Source: Macrostomum hystrix (lineage: Eukaryota; Animalia; Platyhelminthes). Taken from it: a stretch of DNA of 64,000 bases. The notes below the pieces were generated by a model that was not told the DNA's origin, ran no database searches, and saw only the letters and a list, made by a program, of their open reading frames with translations. Both the position numbers and the translations under genes were made by a program. Positions 24,777-37,974 of the stretch are shown here, piece after piece. The stretch lies in contig CATNEN010000013.1 in assembly GCA_950097015.1 (NCBI GenBank), forward strand, positions 744,001-808,000. Reading direction: 5' to 3'. The first letter of the stretch is position 1. Each line of letters begins with the position of its first letter.

Positions 24777-27700
24777 ATGCTGCTCTGTCGCGTGCGGCTG
24801 CAGTTCATCAGCGCAGCTGCCAGTCGGACTAGCCGACAGCTAAGCAGCTCTCTGGTTAGCTCGGCAACAATAACTGACTCAACTGATGAGTTTCAATTCG
24901 GCAAGCTGGCCCGTCAAAACAAAGGCAATCGCCGATTAGAGGGCAAACAGCAACGACAAGCTACGGCGAGGGCGTCATTAGCTGCCTCGGGGCCTATGTC
25001 AACGCCTAGCCAAAGGCCCGGATCCATCGACCGCTTCGGATCCGACGATAGCGGCCGATTCGAATTCGGCGCCCTGGCTCGCACCAGCAGCCTGATTGAC
25101 GCCGATCCGGAGATGGCCCGCTTCGACATGGATCTCAGCCTGGAGGAGGCCGCTGACGCAATGTTGGACCAGCCGGACGCTACGGCAATCTTAGACGATG
25201 ACGATCGACCCGATCATAGGCCGTTGGCGCGCGTCGGACGAAAACATGACGAAGCCTGGTATCTGCGGCGCATCGACAAGCTGGCCGAGGCGGGCGACAC
25301 TGCCGGCATTGTGCGCCTGCTGCATCGAGATATGATTGGAGAGGATCGCTACCTGCCCACTAGGCGGATTCTGCACTCCGTGATGCGTCATCTGGCCTCG
25401 GTTGGCGCCTACGAAGAGGCCAAGGCTGCGCTCAACAGGTGAGAATCCGAACAGCTTTTGCAACAGGTGACGACTGAAACGCTTCTCTGACAACTAAAGC
25501 GCTTCTCTGACAACTGAAGCGCTTCTCTGACAACTGAAGCGCTTCTCTGACAACTGAAGCGCTTCTCTGACAACTGAAACGCTTCTCTGACAACTAAAGC
25601 GCTTCTCTGACAACTGAAGTGCTTCTCTGACAACTGAAGCGCTTCTCTGACAACTGAAGCGCTTCTCTGGCAACTGAAGCGCTTCTCTGGCAACTGAAGC
25701 GCTTCTCTGACAACTGAAGCGCTTCTCTGGCAACTGAAGCGCTTCTCTGACAACTGAAGCGCTTCTCTGGCAACTGAAGCGCTTCTCTGACAACTGAAGC
25801 GCTTCTCTGACATCTGAAGCGCTTCTCTGACAACTGAAGCGCTTCTCTGACAAATGAAGCGCTTCTCTAACAAATGAAGCGCTTCTCTGACAACTGAAGC
25901 GCTTCTCTGACAAATGAAGCGCTTCTCTAACAAATGAAGCGCTTCTCTAACAATTCGAGCCCTTCTCTAACTCTAACTCTAAAGCCGCCTCCAAGAGAAC
26001 ATCAACATCGTTCATGTGACCCAACTCAACTGCAAGCTAATTAAAAAGTGCCGCTAGTTATTTTAGAACCCTCTTTTAACACACGTCTAGGTGCCGTTCG
26101 GCCGGCCTCGAAGCAAACTATGTAACTCATTGTCACTACCTGCGCGCGCTGTCAAATGCCTCCTGCTTTGACGGCAAACCGGATCGTTACGCTGGCGAAC
26201 TGGCTTGTCGCTATTATCACTCTCTGCTAGATGATGCATCAGCGCAGTCCGAGTTACTGCATCAATACGTGTACTACTTTGCTGTGCTAGCCTGCGCCAG
26301 AAATGGAATGGTGCAAGAGGCACTTAAGGTCTGTTGATGCTCGCTGTTTTTACTCCCTGTCTCCTATTGACAATAATCTATAATCTGAATGTATAATCCA
26401 CCGATTATAGATATTCGACGACTCAGTTAACCTGGCCCAGCTTCATCCGCCGCCAAAGATGCTGGACGCCCTGCTGCACGCGGCCTACACCGACAAGACT
26501 AATGGCAGCGCCATCGCCCTGCTGGTTTGGCGACGCTTTCGTCTGGCGTTTGGCAGTAGCCTTGACGCCTATCACTATTATCGGCTGATCAGGTGTGCGC
26601 CTTGCCCGTGTTTTGACACATTAGTGTGAATTTCATGCACCTGCGCATTGTAATAAAACTGTATGCTTGTGACGCTAACTTCAATAAACCTCCGCTAACT
26701 TCAATAAACCTCCGCTAACTTCAGTAAAGAATAAACATCCGCTAACTTCAATTAACATCATCTAACATCAATAAACCTCCACTAACTTCAATAAACATCC
26801 ACTAACTTCAATAAACATCCGCTAACATCAATAAACATCCGCTAACTTCAATAAACATCCACTAACTTCAATAAACATCCACTAACTTCAATAAACATCC
26901 GCTAACTTCAATAAACATCCGCTAACTTTAATAAACATCCGCTAACTTTAATAAACATCCGCTAACTTTAATAAACATCCGCTAACTTCAATTAACATCC
27001 GCTAACTTCAATTAACATCCGCTAACTGAGTAAACCTCAGTTAACTTTAGTAAAGAATAAACATCAGCTAACTTCAATAAACATCCGCTAACATCAATAA
27101 ACATCCGCTAACTTCAATAAACATCCACTAACTTCAAAAAACATCCACTAACTTCAATAAACATCCGCTAACTTCAATAAACATCCGCTAACTTTAATAA
27201 ACATCCGCTAACTTTAATAAACATCCGCTAACTTCAATAAACATCCGCTAACTTCAATTAACATCCGCTAACTGAGTAAACCTCAGTTAACTTCAGTAAA
27301 GAATAAACATCATCTAACTTCAATAAACATCCACTAACTTCAATAAACATCCGCTAACTTTAATAAACATCCGCTAACTTCAATAAACATCCGCTAACTT
27401 CAATAAACATCCGCTAACTTTAATAAACATCCGCTAACTTTAATAAACATCCGCTAACTTCAATAAACATCCGCTAACTTCAATAAACCTCCGCTAACTT
27501 CAGTCTTCAATAAACATCCGCCAATCCGCCAATCCTCTGACCCAGATGCCTTCGAGGCTGCGGCATCGGCCAGCCGAGCCTGATGGCCGCTGCCGAGGCG
27601 TCCGCCGGACCGCCTGTCAAAGCCGCTCTGCCGTCTTACGATCAGCTAGGAGGCGATGGTCGCACCCCCGGCGACTACAAAGGAGCAGACGCGGCGCTGC

Positions 27701-28749
27701 GCCGCCTACAGGACAACTGGTCAGCCCAGTTGAACACTCAGAAGGCTCCAAAGCTAGTGGGCTCGACAGGCCCCAAGGTCGTCTCTGAGCAGTTGCCATG
27801 GGAAACGCCAGAGTCAACGTCCTCATATTTGCAAGTCCCGGCTCAGCCGTCGCAGCCGGAGCCGGACTTCTCTCTTCCAGCGCAGCCGCCTGTGGCACTG
27901 GCGTTGAGCTGCCCCGTCAATCTTCTGCGCCCGCGTCAGCCGCTGCCAATCCTGCCAGATTCGCAAAATGCTTTCCGGTTGCCATGGCAACGCCTGACCC
28001 TAGTCGGCGGCTTAGCCGGCCTGCTGGAATCGATGCAGGCTGACAGAGCCAAGGCGACTCCGGCGCTGGCCCTGGAACTGTTGCAGCTGCTGCCGCCACT
28101 ACCCGAGGCTGAGCAGACCATCTGGCGCTTCTGTCGCAGCCGCGGCTTCCTCCGAGCCTCCACGCCAGGCGGTGGCGTCGTATTCTACAATGCCCTGCTG
28201 CGCTACCGGGTGCGCAACCGTCTGGAGCACGCCGATGTGCTGGACGAGCTGCGATCCAGCGGACTGCGGCCCGACCGCGACACCTACGCCGCACTGGCAG
28301 GCGCGTGCCGCGAACAGCGCGAAGCCGAACGCCTCCTAGCCGACATGGCGCGCGACTCGGCCAGGCCAGACCAGCTGGTGTTCTACGCCATGCTGACTGC
28401 CGCTCAGCCCGGCGACCTGGCCTACCGGACCTGGCTGGTGCGCCGCATGGCCGGCTTTGATGTGCCGCCCAGCCCGGCCATTGTGCGCTTGCTGGAGACC
28501 GACCTAGCCAGGCACCGGGCCAGCTTGTCTAAGCAAGACAGCTCTGCCGGATCGTCGGCACACGGCCTGTCGCTGGCCTCTCAATCGGCTTCTGTGAGTC
28601 CGGTGGATTCGGCCGATTATCAGCTGTTCCGGTCGGCCTACGAATCCTGGCTGAAGGCCAACAAGCTGTTCCAGCCCATTAATTCTATTAAATCTGAGCG
28701 AATGCGGCTCAAGCATGTCCGACTGAAGTCTTTGAAAATGGCCAGTTAG
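24777..28749 (+). CDS. PTCD1: Mitochondrial pentatricopeptide-repeat protein, PTCD1-like (exons 24777-25438, 26091-26328, 26411-26592, 27546-28749)
   Basis: Basic/Ser-rich transit-like N-terminus, EFG/FG acidic region, W-Y..I..L...G motif and PPR repeats (FYNALL..., DTYAALAGAC). GT-AG phases 2/0/2 join in frame. Confidence 0.78.
25473..25955. repeat. 20-bp minisatellite GCGCTTCTCTGACAACTGAA in PTCD1 intron 1
   Basis: About 24 tandem units visible. Confidence 0.95.
26676..27520. repeat. 20-bp minisatellite AACTTCAATAAACATCCGCT in PTCD1 intron 3
   Basis: About 40 tandem units with interruptions. Confidence 0.95.
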
Positions 28750-28859
28750 ATTTCTGCTGTACAATTCTGTGTTAGTGACGGATCAACTGGGATTATTGTA
28801 GAACCTAGAACCAGAACTTGGCGACCTTTTTGATAATAATAGTTATTATTAGCTAATTA

Positions 28860-29040
28860 TTAGCTAACAGTTACAGCTCATCTGAAGGCTGCGTACAGCT
28901 GTTCAGTCCATGGACTGGGGGGACGCTACACCCACACTCAATTACCCCAGCTGATGCTGATACCCATCTAACAGCTGGGTGAACTGAAGCAATGCAGAGT
29001 TAAGTGTCTTGATAAAGGACACAGATCCGACGCTCTAATC
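28860..29040 (+). mobile_element. SINE fragment with a conserved metazoan central-domain-like motif
   Basis: ACCCATCTAACAGCTGGGTGAACTGAAGCAATGCAGAGTTAAGTGTCTTGATAAAGGACACA resembles the core motif of widespread invertebrate tRNA-SINEs. Exact family not assignable. Confidence 0.4.
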
Positions 29041-29599
29041 ACTAGGCTACAACCTCGTTGTTATTCTTAGAAAATTACTCACAGAATCCGTCATTGAAGT
29101 CAGTTGCTTATGTTATTTCTACTATTAGCTTGTCGTTTTCATATTTCTTCCGCAATGCAATTATGTGCTCTATATTTTAGCATTTGATTAGCTACCTGAT
29201 GCCCGAAATCAAAAGTGCGATAAAATTTATAATTAAATTGAAAAGCGAATACACATTTGAACAGGCACATGCAAACAGCTTTCGGTAGAATATTGAGAGT
29301 TAAGAGTGATTTTTTCAATATTTATTCTTCTTCATTGATTATTTATATTTAATGGATAAACTAGATGGATAATTTCAGAAAAAAGGTGCGTAGATGAAAA
29401 ATAGATTAATACGGGAGTAATTTCAGCTTTTTCATTTGCTTTTTGGAGAATAGGAATTTACTATAGCAGCGACTTCTAGTAAACAGAATCCCAGCTGATT
29501 AACAGTAGATAGAGCGACCATGCTATATTTCCCCCTGTGGAAAGACCAGGGTGCATTTCAAATACCCACTGCCTATTTCACTATATTGATAAAACATTT

Positions 29600-29705
29600 C
29601 CGCCCTTTACAATGAGCCAACTTTCAAAGCCAGCGTCGTCGAGATATACAGCGATTTTTTGTCGAAGACCCTTCTGACAAGGACAAATAAAATTGGTCAG
29701 TATAA
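29600..29705 (+). repeat. Dispersed-repeat copy (SINE body as at 530-620 and 48170-48275)
   Basis: AACTTTCAAAGC...GTCGAAGACCCTTCTGACAAGGACAAAT matches the other two copies. Confidence 0.45.
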
Positions 29706-30075
29706 ACCTATTTGGCCAATCCATATCGGTTCAAAAGTGTATAAGTTAAATATATCATCAACAATACATGGTTAAATGATAATATTTTGTGGTTTTTGCC
29801 ACCAGACACCCCCCCGACGGGAATCGTTGAATATATCGACGATGCCGATGTTCTGTGATTCTGGAAATTGATTCATCGGATAGAGCGGAAAATTTTAGCC
29901 CGTGTCCTGAATTTTATGGTGATTGTTTGAATATTGTGGGTATTGGGCCACAGAAATAGCCATCTGTGGTCTTTCTACTGCTATAAGCCCAGATTTGATG
30001 GCGGAATCGTCTAGAGTTCGATTTCGAATATTAATTATCACAATTCAGTGGATCACTTGACCAGTTCATTTCGCC

Positions 30076-31055
30076 TTAGTCGTTCGCCTTCTCTCCGTCT
30101 CGACGTCGCTGTTCTGCTTCTTTAGACTTCTTCTCCACCTTGTCGTTGTGCTGGCTGACTCGCTGCAGCTTCTCCTGCTCCCTTTTCTGGCCGTGATGGA
30201 AATCGAACGATAATAAACGTGCAATTTACGCCAATGAGGGTCAGCCCTTCACAGTAAGTGCACACTGCCTGACAATGAGAGTCCGGGCAGATGTGCACTC
30301 TTTAGCACGTCCTGTTTTAGCTCGTATAAAGTAACAAACAAAATAAGCCTCGTGGGCGTAATATTGCACGCACGACCGGCCCCAAATTTACGAGTATGCA
30401 TGGCCTCGCCGCGGAACTCCCGGTACTGTAGTGATAATAATATAATAATAATTGCAGGAGGGCTGCAGCGAGAAGTTCGACATTTAGTGACACTAGAACT
30501 GCAGCCAGTAGGGAGGCAATTTTGCCCATTTCGCATATGGACTCCTGAGCGCACACGCACACAGATACCGGACGCAGGCATACGCTCACACAGGTGTGTA
30601 CATCTGCCCCGACTTTCTCATCGTCAGGTAGTGTACACTCTCACTGTGCCTTGGAGGTTGGCCCTCAAAAGCATAAATTGCACGACAAGCCTCTAAGCCT
30701 TCTCTCTGCGGCTGCACCCCAAATGAAATGTGGCCTCGCCGCGGAATCGAGCTCAGGGACCTTGGTGCGAGAAGCAAACGCGTTGACCGCTCTGCCACTC
30801 ACGCTCCTAAGAGTACCTTGGAGCCTCTAAAATTTGCCATACTATTCATTAACTCGAGACCCGATGCTTTCGCTCTGTAGATTGTCTCACCTTTCGTCGC
30901 TCCTCAGCCTCCCGTTGTCTCTTGTCGATTACGTCGGGTGTTGAGGGTCGGTCTTCGAGACGCCGCTCCAAATGACGCGGCTTGCCGCTGCGCGATTTAA
31001 TGTTATCCTCGTCTATGCTCACCTCGAACGCCATGCTGGTATTTCGGCCCGACAT
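30076..31055 (-). CDS. Stathmin-like protein, ~91 aa (exons 31055-30891 and 30186-30076)
   Basis: MAFEV..., STPDVIDKRQREAEERRK|KREQEKLQRVSQHN.. match the stathmin AFE and coiled-coil motifs. Phase-0 GT-AG intron. Confidence 0.75.
30250..30648. mobile_element. Non-autonomous DNA transposon with CAC...GTG termini and 4-bp TSD (Chapaev/CMC-like)
   Basis: TIRs of ~50 bp: CACAGTAAGTGCACACTGCCTGACAATGAGAG / revcomp CACAGTGAGAGTGTACACTACCTGACGATGAGA. CCTT at 30246-30249 and 30649-30652. Confidence 0.75.
30660..30807 (-). mobile_element. tRNA-derived SINE
   Basis: The minus strand shows A-box TGGCAGAGCGG (30787-30797) and B-box-like GAGCTCGATTCC (30743-30754) at tRNA spacing. Confidence 0.6.
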
Positions 31056-31888
31056 CTCTGAGAGACTGAGACTTACCTGTTTATTAGCCTGGATGCTAGA
31101 ATTAAACCGCGGCAAGATTCACTGGATGCAGCTCTGAGCTTATAATAAAACATCGGTGAATTTTTCAGCTTTTTTATTGCCCGCCATTCCTTTTGGTCTT
31201 GCTCAGCTCTCCCCCGCCGACTAGAGCAAGAGCCGGTCAGGTGTGTCGCCAGAACCGGCTCCCCCCCGCACTGGCCCTGTTGTCATTTAATTGTTTGAGC
31301 CTGGCCGCTGCTGTCATCGCTTCCCTCATTCCGTCTCTAGCACCGACACTCGTCATCCTTTCACAACTGGACTGGTTAACGTGCCATTGTACCAGGCTAT
31401 AGCTGGATTAGGGGAGAATTATAAGCTAGTTGTGCCCACGCACAGGTACATTACTTAGTCATGGTCCGTTTTTGTTTTTTATCTGACTTCTAAGCCACAC
31501 TGTATTGATACTATATTGGGCATGTATTACGATTTAATTTTGGCTTATAATTCCACTAAAATGTCTAAATAAGCATTCATTATATTTTCACTGTTGCCAT
31601 GCTTACGGATATGGGATATTATTGTATATCTGTACGTTAGGACTGCAGTATATATTATAGTAAATAGTAAAAAGTCCTACTAGTAAATAGCTAGCGAGCT
31701 ATTAAACAAACTGTTTATTAATTCAAACATTCATTCAAACAACGATTTGAATAAATGTCAAGGATTCCTTCAAAACAAATATTTTTATATATGAATCCAG
31801 GGATTACTCAGAGTATTTATTTTATTCCTAGCAATTATTGATGAATGAAAACAGTCACATTACAGACTCTACACAGTTTTTACTTATT

Positions 31889-32343
31889 CACCCGTGTTGA
31901 CAGAGATAGGGTCTAAGAAACGGTAATCGAACATGCGCGACGGTTGCCTAATGGGCAAATCAGAACATGTTATTTGTTCCGAGAACATGTTCCTTTTAAT
32001 TAATAAGGCTTCGTAATGTAAAATATATATATGTAGCTACGTGCTGAATGCGCCGTTGAGAGAAAACTATATTGCTGGCTAATATGTACGTTAAGTGCTG
32101 GTGAACTAGGATATTACTAGACATAGTATGGTTTAGCTCTGTCTTGTTTGTTGACCTCATGCCAAGGAAGGCATAATTTTTTCTTCATTATTTTTTCTTC
32201 ACCTGGCGATATTTAATATACATTAAGTAGCCTTATATTAATTTAAAAGAACATGTTCTCGGAAAAAAAGAACATGTTCGGAGTTGCCTATTAGGCGAAC
32301 GTCGCGCATGTTCGATGTAGCCTAAGAGTCGTCAACACGGCTG
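31889..32343. mobile_element. MITE with 5'-CA termini and 7-bp TSD (P-superfamily type)
   Basis: CACCCGTGTTGAC / revcomp CAGCCGTGTTGAC, plus ~75 bp of further inverted identity (TCGAACATGCGCGACG...GAGAACATGTTC). ACTTATT at 31882-31888 and 32344-32350. Confidence 0.8.
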
Positions 32344-32971
32344 ACTTATTCGACCTTGCTACACGGTAGAAGCGCAGAAACTCGTTTCTTTGAAATTATT
32401 TAGGAGGCTTTTGCCGAGAAATACACTAAGCAGATTGCAAGTTTTTTATATTTGAAATCGAGACCGTTTTTTATTTAAAAAACGGACCTAAATCTTTTTT
32501 ATTTAGCTTTACCTAATCTTGTTGCACAAAAAAGGTTATATGGTTTATTTGGTTTATCTTGATACGTTTTTCTGTACTAAAAAAGCACTTAATAATGTCT
32601 GTGTTCGATACAAGCCAGCTTATGGTTTGACTTAAAAAGGGAAGTTTAGCGAAATAAAAAATATCTGGCATCGTTAGTTGCATGCTACAATTTATTCTTT
32701 AGAATACTAAATACGATCAATTTTGGTCCCATGTTAATATTCGTAAAATTAGCAAAAAATGCGAAAATTCTAATCGTTAATTGTAAAAAGCACACAAGAC
32801 TTTTCTTTAAAAAATATGTTTAGCTTAAAACCTTAAAAGTCTAAAAACCACAGATAGACGCTTTTAAAACAATTTAACTAGTTGTAATGCTTTAACTCAG
32901 AAATACAAAATGCGGTAAAAATAAAATAAATTACTTTCCGCGAAAAACTTTTCCGCCTATAATAAATCCTT

Positions 32972-33727
32972 GGGAGCCCGACATTTGACTGCTGCCATTT
33001 GACTTCCACCATTTGACTGCGGAGCATTTGACTGCGGACAATTTGACTGCGGAGCATTTGACTGCGGACGATTTGACTGCGGAGCATTTGACTGCGGGCA
33101 ATTTGACTGCCAGCCATTTGACTGCGGACAATTCCACACTTTTGGCTGCACATTTATTGACTGCCACTTCAAAACGAATTTCGTTTAGATGTTTATAATT
33201 AGTCGCAGAGCGGTTGAAACGAGGGTCACTTTAAACCCATTGCAAATTCCCATGGCTCCGTGGGAGAATTTCAATTGCAAACAATTGTCAACAGAGGATT
33301 TTCCTTCTCTCAGAGATCGAAATTTCCAAGATAAAAATGACTATAACAAAGTGTGAGAGCAACCGTAAAATACTCAAAATTGGTTGCTGAGGCACAATTT
33401 TTCACTGACAAATTTATACTTATTTATCCGGAAATAATTATATACCTATTGCGAAGCTTTCTGGTCGTGGAGATAAAATGTTATAGGCCTAATGAACAAA
33501 TTTACCATTTATTCTGGTTCTGGAACTGGGGAATCAGATTGTGGCAGTCAAATGGCTGGCAGTCAAATTGTCCGCGGTCAAATGCTTGGCAGTCAAATTG
33601 TCCGCAGTCAAATGCTCTGCAGTTAAATTGTCCGCAGTCAAATGCTCCGCAGTCAAATTGTCCGCAGTCAAATGCTCCGCAGTCAAATGGTGGAAGTCAA
33701 ATTGCAGCAGTCAAATGTCGTAGTCCC
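32972..33727. mobile_element. Non-autonomous MULE/foldback element
   Basis: TIRs of ~190 bp built from 15-bp ATTTGACTGCGGAGC units. A 9-bp TSD TAAATCCTT lies at 32963-32971 and 33728-33736. Confidence 0.88.
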
Positions 33728-34985
33728 TAAATCCTTATCTGTACATTCAAAGCGCACTGCCTTAAAAAATCTTTGTTTCCTTGCATATCATGGACTACAG
33801 AGGAAGATAGGATAATTCCTAGTCCTAAACCTAGATCCTAAGTTTATGTACTTGACTTACATACTAGGCATGAAGAAAACTTTCGTATTCAGAAAGCGAA
33901 GTGAATATGTTAAGATATTGTAGTGGTATTTAATATAATTTGTTTAAATAAACAGTAGATTCATGTCGCCACAGGACTTTAGCTATTATAATAATCAAAT
34001 CAAGTTATGTATAAGTTATGTATTAATTCTTTACAAGTTGTTTTCTATGGCATAGATTCTTAAAATGCAATCATGTTGCAAGTATAGTTTACTTTTGACA
34101 CTCGTTATTATCAGTTATCTTTAATTTTCAGCTAACAAAAGTTAGAAAAATATTTACTTCTTTTTGCAGATAGCATAAAATTATAGTAAGTTACCATAGA
34201 TTTTATGGTGCCTATGTGCTAGCCAGCCAATCAGTTTTTACTTTCTTTTGCCCCTGTTGATCAAATGAGAAAACTGGCAAAGTAATGACAAAATGGTAAA
34301 TGTCTTTCTTGTTGTATTTTAGGTACAGACATCCAGAAAAGTTTCAATGAATAAATATAGCATATTAGATTATGTTAAAAGCTTTCATGTAGCTTTCTTT
34401 TTATTTTTTTTTTATCTTTATTGTATCAGCTTTAGTATTCTCATATGAATTAACACACACACATACACACAAACACACTTAGAAAAAATGATATATTAAA
34501 ATAAAACATTATTAGGGATATATTTCAGATCTGGTTTAACATCATCAAAGTCTTTTATTGAACTCTTAATTAATATTTATATGACTGGTTCTAAATTCTG
34601 TTATCTATTTTGTTATAAAAATAAAATAATTTTTTCCCTTTCTCTTATCAAACAGTATTATTTTATAGTTGAATTTATAATCTTTTTACTTATATAGAAA
34701 TTATTGCCATTTTTTTTTCATTTTGCTAAATTAAACATTTCAGAAGAATGTCTGCTTTTTAAGGAGACTAAGAAAACAAAAGTTGTTTTGCTACTTTAAA
34801 TAAAAAATTTTCTGTTTTTTAGCCAGAATTATTTTTTTCTGAAAAAAACTTGTTTGCTTTTCTATTTTCTTTCTTTTATATTAAGATTCTAAACTGCAAT
34901 GGCCATTGTAGGTTTTTTTGTACATGAAAGCATGATAAACATTGTATAACATCTTTTGAATTCCAATTTAAAACCCAAGTTGCAG

Positions 34986-35733
34986 CAGGAAGTGGCTCAA
35001 AGTGGCATCCTTGAGGCCCAGCTGGGCCGGGGAGGGCCTGGCCAGGTGCAGCAGCAGCAGCAGTCTCATGAAGACCGCAGCCGCACCAATCTAATCATAA
35101 ACTATTTGCCGCAGACATTCGACACTGAGGATCTGCGCGCCTTATTTGAAAAGGCCGGGCCGATCCGGACACACAAGGTTGTGCGCGACAAGCAGACTGG
35201 CGCCTCGCTCTGCTATGGCTTCGTTGACTTCCTGTTTCCCGAGCACGCCGAGAAGGCCATCGGCGAGTTTCACGGCATGAGGCTGGGCAACAAGAAGCTG
35301 CGCGTTGCCTACGCGGCCACTGGCAGCAGCTCCTGCGCCGGCTTTGTTGGTCCCGATGGCTCGCCGCTGCCACTGCCGACCATGCCGCCTCGCGCCGAGC
35401 GTCACAGCGGTGGTGCCGGCTCCGGTGTCGGCAATGGGGGCAGCTTCATCGGCGGCGGTGGCGGCCTCTGCGGCTCAGGCAGCGGCGGTTCCGCGCTGCC
35501 GTTGCGCAATCCCGGCAATCTGTACGTGTCCGGCATTCCGCGCAGCTGGACCGAAGCCGATCTGAACGCGCTATTCTCCAGATTTGGCAAGCTGGTTCAG
35601 ATCCGCGTGCTGACAGATCCCAACAGCGGCCTGTCCAAAGGAGTCGGCTTCGTCACCTTCGATGACAAGGGCAACGCCGAGAGGGCCATAATTGAAACTA
35701 ACGGGCTGCAGGTAGGCAAATGCGGGGCTTGAA

Positions 35734-35766
<33 letters not shown>

Positions 35767-37910
35767 GTGTGTGTGTGTGTGTGTGATTCATTCCTGCAAT
35801 TTCCAAAGTGGCGTGCAACTAATAACCACCCAGGTGACTGTCCCTGTGTTACTTTGGCTTTACTCTACTGTTGCCTCACAGTCGCTAGGCTGTAATTATC
35901 CTATTTTTGGGGGGATTTTATGGCGTTTAAACCGCTAGAGGGACTCAGATAAGATAACGATCCACGCGACGATTTTAGGGCGCGCTTAGAGAGCGATTAG
36001 CATCTGCTTCCCAAATCTTTCTAGCAGCTAAACTATGCCAGCTAACACACGGTTTGACAAATTTATATGCCTTGCCAACTAAACAGAGAACGAATTTAAT
36101 AGACGACATCGGGCCGGATCAACATAGAGGACTAAAAACAGAGGATAGATGAGACGTAGGAGAGATGAGTAAGGTGAGAGATAATACCAGGGACAGATAA
36201 GGCAGTAAAGACAGGGGAGAAATGGGAAATGGTCATGGAAGGTGAGATATGAGAGAGATTAGGAAAGATTAGATAGGAGACGAGAAATTAGGTTCGAGAG
36301 GTGAGACCGGAGAGGTTAGACATGAGAGATTGAATAAGAAAGTTGAGATAGGATGGACGCAGTTGCCCGACTCCTGATCTGATCCAACCCAATCTTCACC
36401 GTCTATTCAACTTTTTTAAAGAATAATTCCGCAATGAGTTCTTTACTCAATAGTAAATATTAGAATAGTGTGTGCGTCATCGCCTAGTACAGTAATCACT
36501 ATTTATAGACCAATCTAGATGGGATGGAGAGAGAGTGTGGCTGGGTGGGCTTTTGTTGCCCCTCCGTTCGATCAATAGACCCCAGTTGCCTCCCTTTGCT
36601 ATGCCATCCACCGCCGTGCAATTTTCGTGTCTCCTTCTCTGCCCTCTCTCTTCGTAGTTGAAGGCGTATGTCAATGCCTCTCAGACTTAAATTGAGTAAC
36701 CAGACTAAACCCAACCCAGCTTAAGCTTTCCTGCAACACTGACTCATTGTACTTAGGCGCATCATTGTTAGTGGGTGGACGCCTAGATGAAGTAGCCAAC
36801 ACGCACAAAAGAAGTTTCCAGTACGTTTCTGGTTTGTTGAAAATCTTTTACAAGCTTTGGTTGTTCGTCTGTACTGTAAGAAGCGGTCATTATTGTTGAG
36901 ATTCCATTGTTCGCGCTAGGCTTGTCTGTCTAGCCTAAATTATCTAATAGGTTGGCATTGTGAGTGCGCCTGCTTTCCCACGCGAGTTCATAGTTAAATG
37001 CGCGACATGATTTTAACTTTTTTCCTCTCCTAAAAGAAGATAGACGAACAAGATGACCGATATTAAGCAGAGTAGAGTAGTGTGCTCAATGTGAAGCCTG
37101 GGAGAAATTCACGCGATGAGACAGTGCTCAGCATGTGCCAAGCACAATACAGTATTGTATTGTTTCCTGCTGAACCATACAAATGTGATTATTAATGTGT
37201 CTGTCACTTCTGGATGTCTAATACTCTTTCAGAATTGGTCAGCACCCAATAAAAAATTAACTATTACGGTTTTATAGTAGACACTGAAGCACTGGGTCTC
37301 AGGGTTTTATAGTACACTGAAGCACTGGGTCTCAGGGTTTTATAGTACACTGAAGCACTGGGTCTCAGGGTTTTATAGTACACTGAAGCACTGGGTCTCA
37401 GGGTTTTATAGTACACTGAAGCACTGGGTCTCAGGGTTTTATAGTACACTGAAGCACTGGGTCTCAGGGTTTTATAGTACACTGAAGCACTGGGTCTCAG
37501 GGTTTTATAGTACACTGAAGCACTGGGTCTCAGGGTTTTATAGTACACTGAAGCACTGGGTCTCAGGGTTTTATAGTACACTGAAGCACTGGGTCTCAGG
37601 GTTTTATAGTACACTGAAGCACTGGGTCTCAGGGTTTTATAGTACACTGAAGCACTGGGTCTCAGGGGTTTGTTTTACCCGACCAACCTCCTCAGGGCCC
37701 AGAATGGCCGGCTCCGCTGCTGGTGAAATTCGCCGAGGATGGCTCGGCCAGGGCCCGCTCCGGACCGCGCCACGCTGGGCTGTCAGCTTCGTTCAACCTG
37801 CCGCTGGACACCGGGCGTCAGGGCGGCTCCGGCGCCTGCCGACTGAGCGCCAGCCTGTGCGGCCCGTCCAGCTCAGCCATGAACGGATCTTCGGGCTTCA
37901 GCTCCGGCGG
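34986..37910 (+). CDS. ELAV/Hu/Sxl-type RRM1-RRM2 exons (34986/34989-35711 and 37696-37910); N-terminal exon not identified
   Basis: TNLIINYLPQ...SLCYGFVDF...KKLRVAYA and NLYVSGIP...SKGVGFVTFD...NGLQ|GPEWPAPLLVKFA. Phase-0 GT-AG junction. The ORF-track start is TTG, not ATG. Confidence 0.9.
35734..35785. repeat. (TG)n microsatellite
   Basis: Read directly. Confidence 0.95.
37266..37667. repeat. 33-bp minisatellite GGTTTTATAGTACACTGAAGCACTGGGTCTCAG, ending ~30 bp before a splice acceptor
   Basis: About 12 near-identical units. Confidence 0.95.
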
Positions 37911-37974
37911 GTGAGCACTTGAGGCTGCATTTTTGAATTTTATGTTTGTTTTTACCTGCGCGGATATTGCCTTA

